A DNA stretch of 63,218 nucleotides, filler included, from Octopus bimaculoides (GCF_001194135.2; 6 parts of 5 records of this genome joined end to end with filler, not necessarily neighbours in it); one strand, 5' to 3'. Shown: positions 41,776 through 55,924, counted from the whole stretch's first letter. Notes: generated by a model not told the origin, from the sequence alone. Numbers and translations: made by a program.

Positions 41776-41890
41776 GCTGCGAGCTAGCAGAAACGTTAGC
41801 ACGCCGGGCGAAATGCTTTACCTTTCATCCTTTCGGGGTCGATTAAATAAGTATCAGTTACGCACTGGGGCCGATATAATCGACTTATTT
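41776..41890 (+). mobile_element. SINE family 2 with internal deletion
   Basis: Head 'gcgagctagcagaaacgttagcacgccgggcgaaatgctt' joined directly to 'cctttcatcctttcggggtcgat'. Confidence 0.8.
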
Positions 41891-41955
41891 CCCTGTCTCT
41901 CCTTGTTTGTCCCCTTTATATTTAGCCCTCTCTGGACAATAAAGAAATATATAAA

Positions 41956-41999
<44 letters not shown>

Positions 42000-42073
42000 T
42001 ATATAAGCATACATAACATGCATATCTACACACACATATATACATGTATATATACGTACAGGTACATACATAC

Positions 42074-42173
42074 NNNNNNNNNNNNNNNNNNNNNNNNNNN
42101 NNNNNNNNNNNNNNNNNTTAATTAATTAANNNNNNNNNNNNNNNNNNNNNNNNNNNNNNNNNNNNNNNNNNNN
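42074..42173. other. Artificial assembly spacer
   Basis: 44 N + TTAATTAATTAA (42118-42129) + 44 N. Confidence 0.95.
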
Positions 42174-43977
42174 CCATTAGAAGAGGAATATTCCAGGGAG
42201 ACACGCTCTCTCCACTCCTGTTCTGTCTGGCACTCACACCTTTAACTGAATTGCTAAATAGAACTGGATGCGGATACAAATGTTACGGCAAAACAGTCAG
42301 CCACATTTTATATATAGATGACCTAAAATTATACGCTAGAAATGATAAAGAGCTGGAAACACTACTACAGACAGTACATTAATTTACCAAGGAAATAGAT
42401 ATGAAATTCGGATTAGAAAATGTGCCAAAGCAACCCTGAAAAGAGGAACATTAGTTAAGAGTAGCAATATCACACTAGATAAAGCCAATGAAATAAGAGA
42501 ACTAGACGAAAGCCAGCCATACAAATATTTAGGGGTCAATGAACTAGATAGGATACGACACACAAAAATGAAAGAAAAAATAAAGAAAGAGTACTATAAA
42601 CGAGTTAGATCAATACTAAAACAAGATAATAGGTATTAACACTTCAACCGTCCCAGTTATAAGTTACAGCTACAATATCCTTAACTGAACACTAAACGAA
42701 CTAATGAAAATAGACAGGAAAATAAGAAAAATGACAGGATCTAGGATGCACCGCCCAAAATCTGACATAGAAAGGCTATATATACAACGCACAGAAGGTG
42801 GTAGGGGTCTTATACAGCTTGAAAACTATTATAAAATAACCACCATTGGACTGCAAAACTACCTACTTCAGAAGCAAGGAAAACTAATACAAATAGCCAC
42901 AAAACACGAGCAAAACAAAAACAGTTTTCAGTATTTAAGGAAGCTGACAAATACAAACAAGAAATCATACTACCTAACAAATACGAAGAAGAAGAAGAAA
43001 CAACAACAAAAGCTATAAAACAAATGAAATCCAAACTAAAACTAGAACAGCAACGGACCATGATAAAACGATGGCAAGAAAAGCCCCTACATGGTAAATA
43101 CTGGGCTAAACTAAATGCAAAAGAAATAGACAGTGAAAAATCCCAGCAATGGTTAGGAAGCTCTGGATTCAAAGCAGAGACTGAAGGATTTTTAATTACT
43201 GCACAAGACAAAAGCCTCCCCACCAGAAATTACCAAAAACACATAATGAAAAGAAATATAACAAGTAACTGTAGAATATGTGGAGATGGACAAGAAACAA
43301 TAAATCATATTATCTCTGGCTGCCCAGTCCTGGCTAAGAAGGAATATATTCACAGACACGACAGAGCTGGGACCTATATACACTGGAAGCTATGCCAACA
43401 CTATGGAATAACAACAGAAAAAAGACGGTATAAACACACGCCAGAAAAAGTCACAGAAAATGAGAAAGCAACCATACTCTTGGATATGCCAATACACACT
43501 GATAGAGAAATTAAGGCAAATAGACCAGATATAGTTGTCAAAGATCATGAAGAAAAAAATGCTTTCTAATTAATGTATCAATACCAGCAGATGACANNNN
43601 NNNNNNNNNNNNNNNNNNNNNNNNNNNNNNNNNNNNNNNNNNNNNNNNNNNNNNNNNNNNNNNNNNNNNNNNNNNNNNNNNNNNNNNNNNNNNNNNNNNN
43701 NNNNNNNNNNNNNNNNNNNNNNNNNNNNNNNNNNNNNNNNNNNNNNNNNNNNNNNNNNNNNNNNNNNNNNNNNNNNNNNNNNNNNNNNNNNNNNNNNNNN
43801 NNNNNNNNNNNNNNNNNNNNNNNNNNNNNNNNNNNNNNNNNNNNNNNNNNNNNNNNNNNNNNNNNNNNNNNNNNNNNNNNNNNNNNNNNNNNNNNNNNNN
43901 NNNNNNNNNNNNNNNNNNNNNNNNNNNNNNNNNNNNNNGTGAAAGCACGTTATAAAAATAAAACTACTGAACAATAA

Positions 43978-44055
<78 letters not shown>

Positions 44056-44058
44056 TAA
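42174..44058 (+). mobile_element. R4/Dong-clade RLE LINE copy 1 (RT core to C-terminus, (TAA)n tail), inactivated
   Basis: RRGIFQGDTLSPLLFCLAL...HILYIDDLKLYA (RT), MHRPKSDIERLY...GGRGL, CRICGDGQETINHIISGC (CCHC), HRHD and RPDIV (restriction-like endonuclease). (TAA)n lies at ~43974-44058, beyond an N gap. Confidence 0.9.
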
Positions 44059-44399
44059 CATCGGGGACGTTTAACAGAGAAGGCCGTGGACGTTTAAATT
44101 GTGAGAGCGATTAAACACTGTTCCGAAATCTATCCAAAACATCGGGAATAAAACAACAAATACAACCTAAAAATGACTATATCCAAGTAAGTAACATTCA
44201 TTAAAACTTATTTCTACTTTCGAAATGAAATGATGTATCTTAACTGTGTATCATCTCCACCACTCGCACAACATATGTAAACACGCTCGCTACATTACGG
44301 TTGAAAGCAAAACCAGACCGTTTCCATCCCCAAACATACATAAAAAAGAAAGAAAAACAAATTAAATAATACCAGCATTATTCAACCCAAGGATAACAA

Positions 44400-47300
44400 A
44401 TGGGAAGTACGTATTTAAACTTAATACACAAAAAGTAGGAAAACCTACGCATGCAAAACCATTTAACACCAGAAAAATAAAGGGCTGGACGTTAATCTTC
44501 ATGTCCGGCAGCAATAGAAATAGAACACTTAAAAGGCAAAATACATGAGGAAAACGTAGATAGTAATCACGCAGCAATGCCTAATAATATCATAATCAAT
44601 GGGACTGTAAAATGCGAAGACAGACGTAACATTTCCGACAAAAACAAAGTAAACAACAAAAGACAACAAATCTAGACCATAGGAATGTATAATGATGAGC
44701 AAAATGCACCAAACCATAACCCCACAGAGAAAAATATGAACGGGAGGGAATAGGAAACTAATCTAAAACATGGAAACAGTGAAGGGTTAACTAATGATAA
44801 TGATACTCTAAAATGAGTATAACCAAAGAAATGAAAGCCACAGATCTCAGTATGGATCACCGATTATACCTCCCAAAAATTAAAATTGATAATAAAAGAA
44901 CATCAGTAATAAATAGCATGAACCTGGCTGTCACAGAACTGATAGACACAAAAGCAAATGTGAATATGACTGGGTTAAATTATATAATATATACAGCAGC
45001 CTCTGTGGTCACAAAAGAAGCTGGATACCCTCTCAAACCCATCCAAACAGGAGTATCACCACCCAAACCCTGTGGATAAATAATATCTAGAAAGATAGAA
45101 AATAGTAGAAAGGATCTATATATAATCTGTCATGAAACTAGTAGACAATCAACACTACTAAGCAACAAGAAGAGAACAAAATTACTACGTAAATACAAAA
45201 TTACAGAAAAAAGTTTATCTGAGGTAAAAAAACAAACAAACAAACAAAAACAGCTAAAGCAAAATATCTTCGCCAAAGCACAAAGAATCCGCCGGTATGA
45301 GAAACGCCAACGTTTCTTTGAACAAAACAAACAGTTAAACTTCAACAACAAAAGACTCTACCAAGAACTTGGCAAAAATACATTAGAGATCAATACAGCA
45401 CCAACAGCAGAAGTTGAAGAATTTTGGAAAGATATATGGTCGGTACAAGAACAACCTCAGAAAAGATCAATCAAAACAACAAACACAGCACCTGAGCAAC
45501 AACTGGAGTGGTCACCCAGGCACTGCAGAAACTAAGCAACTGAAAGGCACCTGGGCATGACAAGATCACCAACTTCTGGTCAGAATACCTAACTGGAAAA
45601 CATAAAAAACTGGCTGAGAAATTTAATGAAATACTAGCAGAACAAGAGAAGTGAATGGCTCACGGAACGGAAATCTATCCTAATTCCCAAATTCACTGAA
45701 ACGGCAAACTACCAGAATTACAGAACGTTAACTTCTCTCCTTACAATTTACAAAACCATTACTGCAATAATATCGCAAAGACTGGGCAAAGATCTGGAAG
45801 AAAACAACCTGTTTCCAGTCATAAAATATATAAAACATTCTATGAATAAATAGCAGACAGTGCTACAGCTCCAGATAAAAGAGGGACTCATAAAAACGAA
45901 AGCCATCCACATTAGAAGAGGAATATTCCAGGGAGACACACTCTCCCCACTCCTTTTCTGCTTGGCATGACACCTTTATCTGACGTGTTAAATAGAACTG
46001 GATGCAGATACAACTGTTACGGCAAAACAATCAAACATCTCTTGTATAGGGATGATCTAAAACTGTATGCTACAAATGATAAACAGCTGGAAACATTACT
46101 ATAGGCAGTACATGGATTTATGAAAGAAATAAGCATGAAATTTAGCTTAGAAAAATGTGCCAAGGCAACCTTGAAAAGAAAATTTGTTAAGAGTAAACAA
46201 TATCACACTGGAGAAAGCAAATGAAATAAGAGAATTAGATCAACGCCAGACATGCAAATACTTAGGAATCAGTAACTACATACGATGCACACACACAAAT
46301 GAAAGAGAAGATAAGAAAGGAATACAATAGATGAGTTAGATTAATACTGAAAACAGAGCTCAATGCGAAAAACAAGATAATAGGTATCAACACTCTAGTC
46401 ATCCCAGTTATATGTTACAGCTACAATATGTACTAATCTAAATGAACTAATTAAAATAGACAAGAAAACAAGAATGATAATAACAGGATATAGGATGCAC
46501 CACCCAAGATATGACATAGAAAGGCTATATATACAACGTACAGAAGGTGGTAGAGGTCTTATACAGCTGGAAGACTATTATAAAATAGCCACCATAGGAC
46601 TGCAAAAATACCTAGTCCAGAAGCAAGGAAAACTAATACAAATAGCCACAAAACATGAGCAAAACAAAAAACAGTTTTCATTATTTAAGGAAGCTGACAA
46701 ATACAAAAAAGAAATCAATCTACCTAACAAATACGAAGAAAAAGAAGAAGAAAAAGAAGAAACAACAAATGTTGTAAAACAACTGAAATCCAAACTAAAG
46801 CTAGAACAGCAACGGACCATGATAAGACGATGACAAAAAATGCTCCTACGTGGCAAATTTTGGGTTAAGCTAAACAGAAAAGAAATAGACAGAGAAAAAT
46901 CCCAGCAATGGTTGAGAAGCTCAGGACTCAAAGCAGAGGCTGAAGGATTTTTGATTGCAGCACAAGAACAAAGCCTCCCCACCAGAAATTACCAAAAACA
47001 CATAATGAAAAGAAACATAACAAGTAACTGTAGAATATGTGGAGATGGACAAGAAACAATAAATCATATTATCTCTGGCTGCCCAGTCCTGGCTAAGAAG
47101 GAATATATTCACAGACACGACAGAGTTGGAAGATATGCCAACACTATAGAATAACAACAAAAAAAAGATGCTATAAACACACGCCAGAAAAGGTCACAGA
47201 AAACGAGGAAGTAACTACATTCTATGATATGTCAATACAAATATAAAGGCTAATAGGCTGGATATAGTTGTGTGATCAGAGGTCACCAAGGAAAAAGATA

Positions 47301-47600
47301 TACTTTCTAACTGATGTATCAATACGAACAGATGACAACGTTTCTCTAAAAGAAACGGAGAAACTTTCAAATTCCAAAGATCTGGAAACAATAGTAACTC
47401 GAATGTGGAGCCTAAAATTCTTATTATAGTAGGCGCGTTAGATATGATAAAGAACATTCATACAAATACATAACAAAAGCACCAGGACTTAAAAATATAT
47501 ATAACAGAGAAAATAGCACTACTAGGCACCGCATACATCCTACGTAAAACACTTTCAATGCAGTGAAAATATAAAGGCACCACAACAAATCACAACATGC
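44400..47600 (+). mobile_element. R4/Dong-clade RLE LINE copy 2, long but decayed, with an internal RT deletion
   Basis: N-terminal blocks (YLPKIK, NYIIYTAA, KAQRIRRYEKRQRFFEQNK, EVEEFWKDIWS), RT 'GIFQGDTLSP' at ~45920, CCHC at ~47030 nearly identical to copy 1, and 3' end 'ctaggcaccgcatacatcctacgtaaaacac'. Confidence 0.85.
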
Positions 47601-47817
47601 CGAACGATAATAATATGCCATGATGTCGTACTACTCACTGGCTCTCAAAGCATCTGATCTTAACTGATTGGAATTGTTACCACGTACATTGTTTTGTCTT
47701 GGTATAAAAGATGGGCTACAGCAAATATTCTGCTTAATACCACAGATTTGCTTGAACTTAACCGCTTTAGCATGTTCCTTTATAGTGGTTGACGTTATGT
47801 GCATCTCTGCACAGGCC

Positions 47818-47886
47818 AAGAAGAAGGAGGAGGAGGAGGAGAAGAAGAAGAAGAAGAAGAAGAAGAACAACAACAACAAGAAAAAA

Positions 47887-47928
<42 letters not shown>
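47818..47928. repeat. Compound (AGG)(AAG)(AAC)(TAG)n trinucleotide microsatellite
   Basis: Direct reading. Confidence 0.95.
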
Positions 47929-47930
<2 letters not shown>

Positions 47931-48299
47931 TGGACGCTGGTGTCTTTTTACACTGTTCAAATGCAAAACATAATGAACATACCAGATAAAGAACAACCCT
48001 AAATCAGTCAACGCATCCTCGTAATGATGGGAAGAAATAATGAGACAGTTTGCAAAGCGTATGGATGTGTCGAAGGGAATTCTGAAGGCTCTACTGAAAG
48101 ACCCCCTGGTTGGGCACAGCAGGCTGTCAGCGAAGTACAGACTCGTCCAGTCATCAATTCACAATTCTTAAGAACATAAAACACCACTCTACATCGAAGA
48201 GGAAATCGGAAGGAGAAAGGTTAAGGTTCAAAACGCTGGTTAAAAATCGATTACAAGGTTACATTTGAGTGCTTCTATGAACCTGAACCGCTTTGCAAG

Positions 48300-49503
48300 C
48301 ATCAGAAATCATTATGTGTCGGGAAAAACGAGAAAATAGCAGTGGAATAGTATTATTAACCAACAAATACAGAGGAAGCACGATATATATAACTAGGAGT
48401 ATTCAAGGTAGACCATATAATATGACGAGGAAAGAGTACTACTTATTTTGATAGACCGGGTGAGGTTCTGAAGACTAAGCTCAATTCCTGGGCTATAACT
48501 GTTAATCGTTACAGTGCAGACATGCTTGACTGGACTCTAGATGATATTGATGAAATGGACCAATGAACATGAAAATTGCTGTATAAATTAAAATTTCTTC
48601 ACCCCCAAAGCAAATGTCACGCGCCTGCACATGAACCGAAAATTTGGCGGAAGGGACTTGATTAGTATATCAGAAAGTTTTGCTGCTAAACAAACTCTGA
48701 ATTTTTATGTGGTAACCAAGAACGAGACTTTGATTCAAAAGGTTGCAAGATCAGTGTGTCTTAAAAGAGAAGAGATTGAAGCAAATTATTCCGACGAAAA
48801 AACTATACTGAACGAATGGACATATATGGATAGTTTGAGAAATAAATTGAGTATGAAAGACTGACAATTGATGGACATAGCTAGGGAAGGCAGAACTAAA
48901 GAAGGAAACAGAAAGTCTTCTTATAACACTCAAGACGAAACCCTTGCAGCTAAGTCCATAAAGAAATCTATTTATACGAGGGAAATATGTACAGAGTTTG
49001 ACACACATTTCCAGTGCATGTGGAATGTTTGTACAGTGTGAATACAAAGTTCTCCATGGCAAAATGAGTCCGAAAGTTTCATGAATTAGAAATACCCGAG
49101 AAATATCATGGACAGAGAATGGAGCGTTATGGACAACAGCAGTGGGATTCTAATGTGGAAACAGAGTAATCGAGCATAGACTGCTAGACATCATATTCAT
49201 GAAACAGTCATTATTAGCATAGCAGTCGAGTTCCATGTAGCAGCTAATGATATCGTAAAACATTATCAACTATGCAAAATTGAAGGCGGACAACCGTTAT
49301 CAAAACTATCGGGGTCCAGCCAAAAGAAACTGTTACAATTCTTTGAAAACTCTAATGCGATGCTGGCACTATACAAAAACCGCCCTTTTAGGCACTGGTC
49401 ATATCTTGAAAAGATTATGTGTGAAGTCTCATACTTGATGAAAAATCCTTAAAAGAAAATGAATCCAGATTTTAGAAACCGCGAGAAGCACATAATAATA
49501 ATG
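48300..49503 (+). mobile_element. R4/Dong-clade LINE copy 3, older diverged subfamily, C-terminal half with short (TAA)n tail
   Basis: Decayed LGVFKVD, RYSA.MLDWTLDDIDEMD, MNRKFGGRDLISI, and terminal 'ALLGTGHIL' (gcccttttaggcactggtcatatcttg), followed by taataataataa. Confidence 0.7.
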
Positions 49504-50011
49504 GTTTTTGAGTTAGGTACAAAGCAAGCAATTTTGAGAAGACACTATCGACTACAGTTCTGTATTTTATGGATCCCTAGGGACAAAAAAAAAAAGAGTT
49601 GATTTCAGTGGGAGTTGAACTCAATACGTAAACCACTAGATGGTATTTTTTCTGATGCTGTAATATTTTTCCCAGTTCAGCATAGACTCTGGAGGGTAAC
49701 AGTTTCTAAGTTAGGCGTAATGAAAGGGTTGAAAACTAAAGCTGAAATCAGAACACAAATAGCTGGAAGAAATACCACAAGGCATTTTTTCTGATGCTGT
49801 ACCGATTCTGCGAATCTCATTCACTAATAGTATAGAACATACTTATTTCTCAATTAGGCATATGACCAGCAACTTCAGGCGGAGGTTTAGATGCCAAACG
49901 TGCCACGTACTGAGACTCAATCAGGAACTATATGGTTGAGAAACGAACTTTTTACCACGCAGCCATACATATATTTGTCTGTACGTTTGTGTATGTGTGT
50001 GAGCGTGCGTG

Positions 50012-50079
50012 TGCGGGGACGTAAACACACCAGCATCGGTTGTCAAGCGATGTTGGGGGGACAAACACAGACAAACAAC

Positions 50080-50141
<62 letters not shown>

Positions 50142-50360
50142 CATATACATACATACATATATATATATATACACACACACACATATATATACACACGACG
50201 GGCTTCTTTCACTTTCCGTCTACCAAAATCCACTCACAAGGCTTTGGTCGGCCCGAGGCTATAGCAGAAGATACTTGCCCAAGGTGCCACACAGTGGGAC
50301 TGAACCCGGAACCATGTGGTTCGTAAGCAAGCTACTTACCACACAGCTACTCCTACGCCT
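50012..50360 (-). mobile_element. SINE family 1, young-looking copy (CpGs retained), with a second head at 49885-49970
   Basis: Reverse-complement match to the 12986 copy. Confidence 0.9.
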
Positions 50361-50409
50361 ATAGACATACATATGTATATATATATATATATTAATAAAT
50401 AAATATATA

Positions 50410-51590
50410 CATATAATGTTAAAGAGAGCAGAGCTAATTGAGGTGAAACAATTGTTGTGTATTGTTGTTATGTGATGCGAGTGTGATTTATGTTGTGGGA
50501 GGATAGCACGGGGTCGAAGTCTTGGGTGTATTGTAAAGGTGATGTCGACATCATTTGGGCAATGCTGATAAAATGTTTTCCACATCATGCGGATGATGTA
50601 GCGCTCGCGGCAGTGTCGGAGAGAATAAAGCTTGAGCTTTTTTGGTCGACTCCAATAGTCAAAGCCTGTTATATCATCTATCTTTTCTGTAGTTGACCTT
50701 TGAGGTGTTTCAACTTTCATAATACTTTGTTTCGTGTGCGGAGACCGCAGTAGACAACAGTATTCAAGGTGGGGTCGGGCAAAAATGGAGAAGAGAAGGA
50801 TAATAGTGTGGATATCTCTCGACTGAAAGATTCTGAGAATCCAGGAAGACATTCTGCAGGGCATGTTAAGTTTGTTTATATAAGCGGCCCAGCTTATATT
50901 GTTGTTCACAATTGCTCCCAAGTCTCTGATGTTGTTGGATGTCACGAGAGTTTCACCTGAAGGAAGAGAGTATGGAAGTTTCAGGGTATTCCTCTTTTCC
51001 GAAGTGGATTACCTCAAATTTCACCTCGTTCAACAGCATATTATTCTTTTGCGCCCATTGGATGACAGTTATTAGATCTGATTGAAGGCATGTCTGGTCA
51101 CCCACTTCATTGAAGACCTTCTGGATCTTGGAATCATCTGCAAAGATTCTTATGTTAATGTGCTTGATGATGTCAGTGATGTCACTACTGACTTTGGCTG
51201 GGCTTGATTTTACTCCTCGACTACAACGTGTTGGGTGCTGTCTGTCAGGAAACACTTGATCCATTGTAATAACTTTCCAGAGAGACCAAAGTTGGATAGT
51301 TTTTTTCAAGAGAATCTTATGATCAACCCTGTCTAACGCCTTCGGTGATGGAGTCCTCTCCCAAAGCTCTCAAAATTTCATCAAAGTGATGCAGGAGCTG
51401 CGTTAGGCAGTTCCTTCCATTACGGAACCCATCTTGGTTGGGGTTCAGCAGTTTGTTGCTTTCAAGAAAGTGAGTTATTCGTCATCCTCACCACCCTCTC
51501 AAATACCTTCTTGATATGAGAGGTGCGTGAGATCGGACGGTAGTTCACTGTAGGTGACTTGTTTCCCGTTTTGAAAACCGAGACAGCAGA
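50410..51590 (-). mobile_element. CR1/L2-clade LINE reverse transcriptase and C-terminal region, decayed
   Basis: NYRPISRTSHIKKVFER, IRIFADDSKI, LQSDL..VIQWAQKNNMLLN..KF, RDLGAIV, RPHLEYCC and KLYSLRHCRERY. Confidence 0.9.
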
Positions 51591-51610
51591 CTGGGAAATA
51601 CAGAGATAGG

Positions 51611-51880
51611 TTTCTTTATTAGCCACACAGGGCTCAACACAGAGGGGACAAAATACAAATGTAGAGTTTTTTTCTTTTCGAGGGGGGCGAAAACAAAGCA
51701 GAAAAAAAAAACAAAAGTGGGGACAACGATGAAAAAAAAACATCGCAAAACGTTTGGGGTATTTACAAAAAATACGAAATAATACAGAAAATTCCCAATA
51801 AATGGGGAGGTTATCCGTGGAAAGAAAAACCTACGAAAAGACCACGGTAACTTCGGTCCTTAGTGTCACAGTTTGTTAAA
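51611..51880 (-). mobile_element. Tx1-type LINE 3' UTR
   Basis: Reverse complement ends 'tttgtattttgtcccctctgtgttgagccctgtgtggctaataaagaaa', near-identical to 58636-58684. Confidence 0.65.
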
Positions 51881-51948
51881 TAAAATTTCTTTTATTTATG
51901 TAAGAAACGTAAGTAACTCTCTGTTTACAACATTTTAAAACGTTTTAT

Positions 51949-52048
51949 NNNNNNNNNNNNNNNNNNNNNNNNNNNNNNNNNNNNNNNNNNNNTTAATTAA
52001 TTAANNNNNNNNNNNNNNNNNNNNNNNNNNNNNNNNNNNNNNNNNNNN
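51949..52048. other. Artificial assembly spacer
   Basis: 44 N + TTAATTAATTAA (51993-52004) + 44 N. Confidence 0.95.
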
Positions 52049-52096
<48 letters not shown>

Positions 52097-52105
52097 TATA
52101 TATAC

Positions 52106-52136
<31 letters not shown>

Positions 52137-52896
52137 CACACATATATATGTGTGTATATATATAATGTACTATGATTCTTATCAACAGGTAAAGGCAGAG
52201 AATAATAAAGACAGAACTTAATATATGCGTAGAGTACATATATATGTATCTTAATGCGGTACAACTGCTCATAACACTGCATTACAGTTAGTTTCACCAA
52301 CGAATTACGGATTTCATTAGCATTTATCGATATTTGCAAACTGAAGGTTCATCGGATGAAAACACCACGTGTATCTATATTCCGACGCTATCTTTGAACA
52401 TAGATACAAATGGTAATTTTTGTCTAAAGATCTTTGAATTTGCGAAAATTGATAGCAGTTACCAATAAAATTCGACATCCAGCTGGTGCAACTGACAGTA
52501 ACAAAATAGAATGGTTTATTACTCTGCATCACTACATACATGCATATGTATGTATATCTCTATATCAAAGAAATGTAAGGCATTGGTGTTGAGTGCTAGC
52601 GATAATGCTAGTGATAGGGAGACTGCATTGGGCATGAGAGGCGTGATACGGTTAAGCTACTGCTGTACAAAAAAAATATAGGTGAAATTATTGTTCCAAA
52701 AATGTCAGCTGCAAGAATATGGTCTTTGATCTCGAACACTGGTGATTTCTAAGCTGGTAACTGGATTCGGTTTACTTATTTCAAGATGTGCATTTGTTTT
52801 ATATTTTTCTACACTTATAATGTTTATTTTTAAATATTTCAATATTTCACAAGACTTTGATAACATTCTTCTGGTGGCTAACATGGCACAAGCGTG

Positions 52897-52941
<45 letters not shown>

Positions 52942-53787
52942 NNNNNNNNNNNNNNNNNNNNNNNNNNNNNNNNNNNNNNNNNNNNNNNNNNNNNNNNNNN
53001 NNNNNNNNNNNNNNNNNNNNNNNNNNNNNNNNNNNNNNNNNNNNNNNNNNNNNNNNNNNNNNNNNNNNNNNNNNNNNNNNNNNNNNNNNNNNNNNNNNNN
53101 NNNNNNNNNNNNNNNNNNNNNNNNNNNNNNNNNNNNNNNNNNNNNNNNNNNNNNNNNNNNNNNNNNNNNNNNNNNNNNNNNNNNNNNNNNNNNNNNNNNN
53201 NNNNNNNNNNNNNNNNNNNNNNNNNNNNNNNNNNNNNNNNNNNNNNNNNNNNNNNNNNNNNNNNNNNNNNNNNNNNNNNNNNNNNNNNNNNNNNNNNNNN
53301 NNNNNNNNNNNNNNNNNNNNNNNNNNNNNNNNNNNNNNNNNNNNNNNNNNNNNNNNNNNNNNNNNNNNNNNNNNNNNNNNNNNNNNNNNNNNNNNNNNNN
53401 NNNNNNNNNNNNNNNNNNNNNNNNNNNNNNNNNNNNNNNNNNNNNNNNNNNNNNNNNNNNNNNNNNNNNNNNNNNNNNNNNNNNNNNNNNNNNNNNNNNN
53501 NNNNNNNNNNNNNNNNNNNNNNNNNNNNNNNNNNNNNNNNNNNNNNNNNNNNNNNNNNNNNNNNNNNNNNNNNNNNNNNNNNNNNNNNNNNNNNNNNNNN
53601 NNNNNNNNNNNNNNNNNNNNNNNNNNNNNNNNNNNNNNNNNNNNNNNNNNNNNNNNNNNNNNNNNNNNNNNNNNNNNNNNNNNNNNNNNNNNNNNNNNNN
53701 NNNNNNNNNNNNNNNNNNNNNNNNNNNNNNNNNNNNNNNNNNNNNNNNNNNNNNNNNNNNNNNNNNNNNNNNNNNNNNNNNNNNNNN

Positions 53788-53835
<48 letters not shown>

Positions 53836-54128
53836 GACGTATGTATATATCTATATATGTATGTATGTATGTATCAGTCTTTATGTGTCATTGTGTGTGG
53901 TTGTGTCGCATGTCTGTGCGTGTGTGCGAGTGCGATTTATCCTAAGGTAATAACGAAACTCAGAACATTCTTTTCGTAAAACACGCTGTGTAATCAATGT
54001 TTTTTCATTAATAAATGCCTTAGACTTCCTTGTAGCAGTAAGATTTTCTGAAAATATGCAGTCTATTTTATTAATAGCGGCCATATTGTATTAACGTCAA
54101 CATTAGGAAGAATCATTGCCCTTGTTTA

Positions 54129-54129
<1 letters not shown>

Positions 54130-54195
<66 letters not shown>

Positions 54196-54206
54196 CATCT
54201 ATCTAT
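54130..54206. repeat. (CTAT)n microsatellite
   Basis: Direct reading. Confidence 0.95.
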
Positions 54207-55005
54207 ACTTTTTGTCTATGTGCCTCACAATTATAAATATAACATATAAACATGCTCACATATATAACCTTACTAGTATCTTATTTCATGGACATACAGA
54301 TAGCAGTATATATATATATATATATATATATNNNNNNNNNNNNNNNNNNNNNNNNNNNNNNNNNNNNNNNNNNNNNNNNNNNNNNNNNNNNNNNNNNNNN
54401 NNNNNNNNNNNNNNNNNNNNNNNNNNNNNNNNNNNNNNNNNNNNNNNNNNNNNNNNNNNNNNNNNNNNNNNNNNNNNNNNNNNNNNNNNNNNNNNNNNNN
54501 NNNNNNNNNNNNNNNNNNNNNNNNNNNNNNNNNNNNNNNNNNNNNNNNNNNNNNNNNNNNNNNNNNNNNNNNNNNNNNNNNNNNNNNNNNNNNNNNNNNN
54601 NNNNNNNNNNNNNNNNNNNNNNNNNNNNNNNNNNNNNNNNNNNNNNNNNNNNNNNNNNNNNNNNNNNNNNNNNNNNNNNNNNNNNNNNNNNNNNNNNNNN
54701 NNNNNNNNNNNNNNNNNNNNNNNNNNNNNNNNNNNNNNNNNNNNNNNNNNNNNNNNNNNNNNNNNNNNNNNNNNNNNNNNNNNNNNNNNNNNNNNNNNNN
54801 NNNNNNNNNNNNNNNNNNNNNNNNNNNNNNNNNNNNNNNNNNNNNNNNNNNNNNNNNNNNNNNNNNNNNNNNNNNNNNNNNNNNNNNNNNNNNNNNNNNN
54901 NNNNNNNNNNNNNNNNNNNNNNNNNNNNNNNNNNNNNNNNNNNNNNNNNNNNNNNNNNNNNNNNNNNNNNNNNNNNNNNNNNNNNNNNNNNNNNNNNNNN
55001 NNNNN

Positions 55006-55050
<45 letters not shown>

Positions 55051-55239
55051 CATACATAAATACATACATACATACATACACACACATATATATATATATG
55101 TAATAGGTAACTACTTTATGTGCATAAGTACGTATAATAAATACTCCATGTGTTTATAAAGCACGTAGCTATAATAATAATAATATTCGTTTTGTTTCTT
55201 TTCTCTGTACACAAGCGGCGTTTATTTGTAGAGACGTTG

Positions 55240-55860
55240 GCGTATAAAAAAATACTGAAGTGGGTGTATAGCAGTGTGGATGTATAGCAAAGGGCGTGTA
55301 TAGTGATGTTGGTATACAGCAATATGGATTTTATGATATTGGATGTGTATAACCATGTAGGTTTATTGCAATGTGTGTTTAGAACAACGAGGATGTATGA
55401 CAATGTGAGTATATTGAAATGTTATTGTATAACGATGTGGGTGTATAGTAATATGTGTTTAGAGCAACGTAGTTGTATAGCAAAAGCGTGGATGTATAAC
55501 GATGTGCGTGTATAAGAATGTGTGTTTAGAGCAACATGCGTGTATAGTAATATGTGTTTATGTGTTCATAACAATATGTGTGTATAGCGATGTGGTGTAT
55601 AACAAAGTATGTTTACAGTAACTTAGATGTACGGCACTGCGGATGTGCATATTTGTGCATGTGTATAGTGATTAGGGGGTGTATAGAAAATGCGGTTTTA
55701 TAGGAATGTATGTTTAAAGCAGCGAGTGTTTATAGTTATATAAGAATGTACATGGAAATGTATGACAATGTGAGTGTATGACAATGTGAGTGTATAACGA
55801 CGCAGATGAGTAGCAGTGAGGATATACATAGCAATGTCAGTGTATTACGACGTGGACGTG
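55240..55860. repeat. Degenerate ~15-bp minisatellite (consensus approx. gtgtatagcaatgtg), resuming at ~56450-56580
   Basis: Recurrent gtgtatag/tgtataac/gtttagagcaac motifs at ~15-bp spacing; period estimated by eye. Confidence 0.7.
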
Positions 55861-55865
55861 TAATG

Positions 55866-55904
<39 letters not shown>

Positions 55905-55924
55905 CACACACGTGTGAATATACT

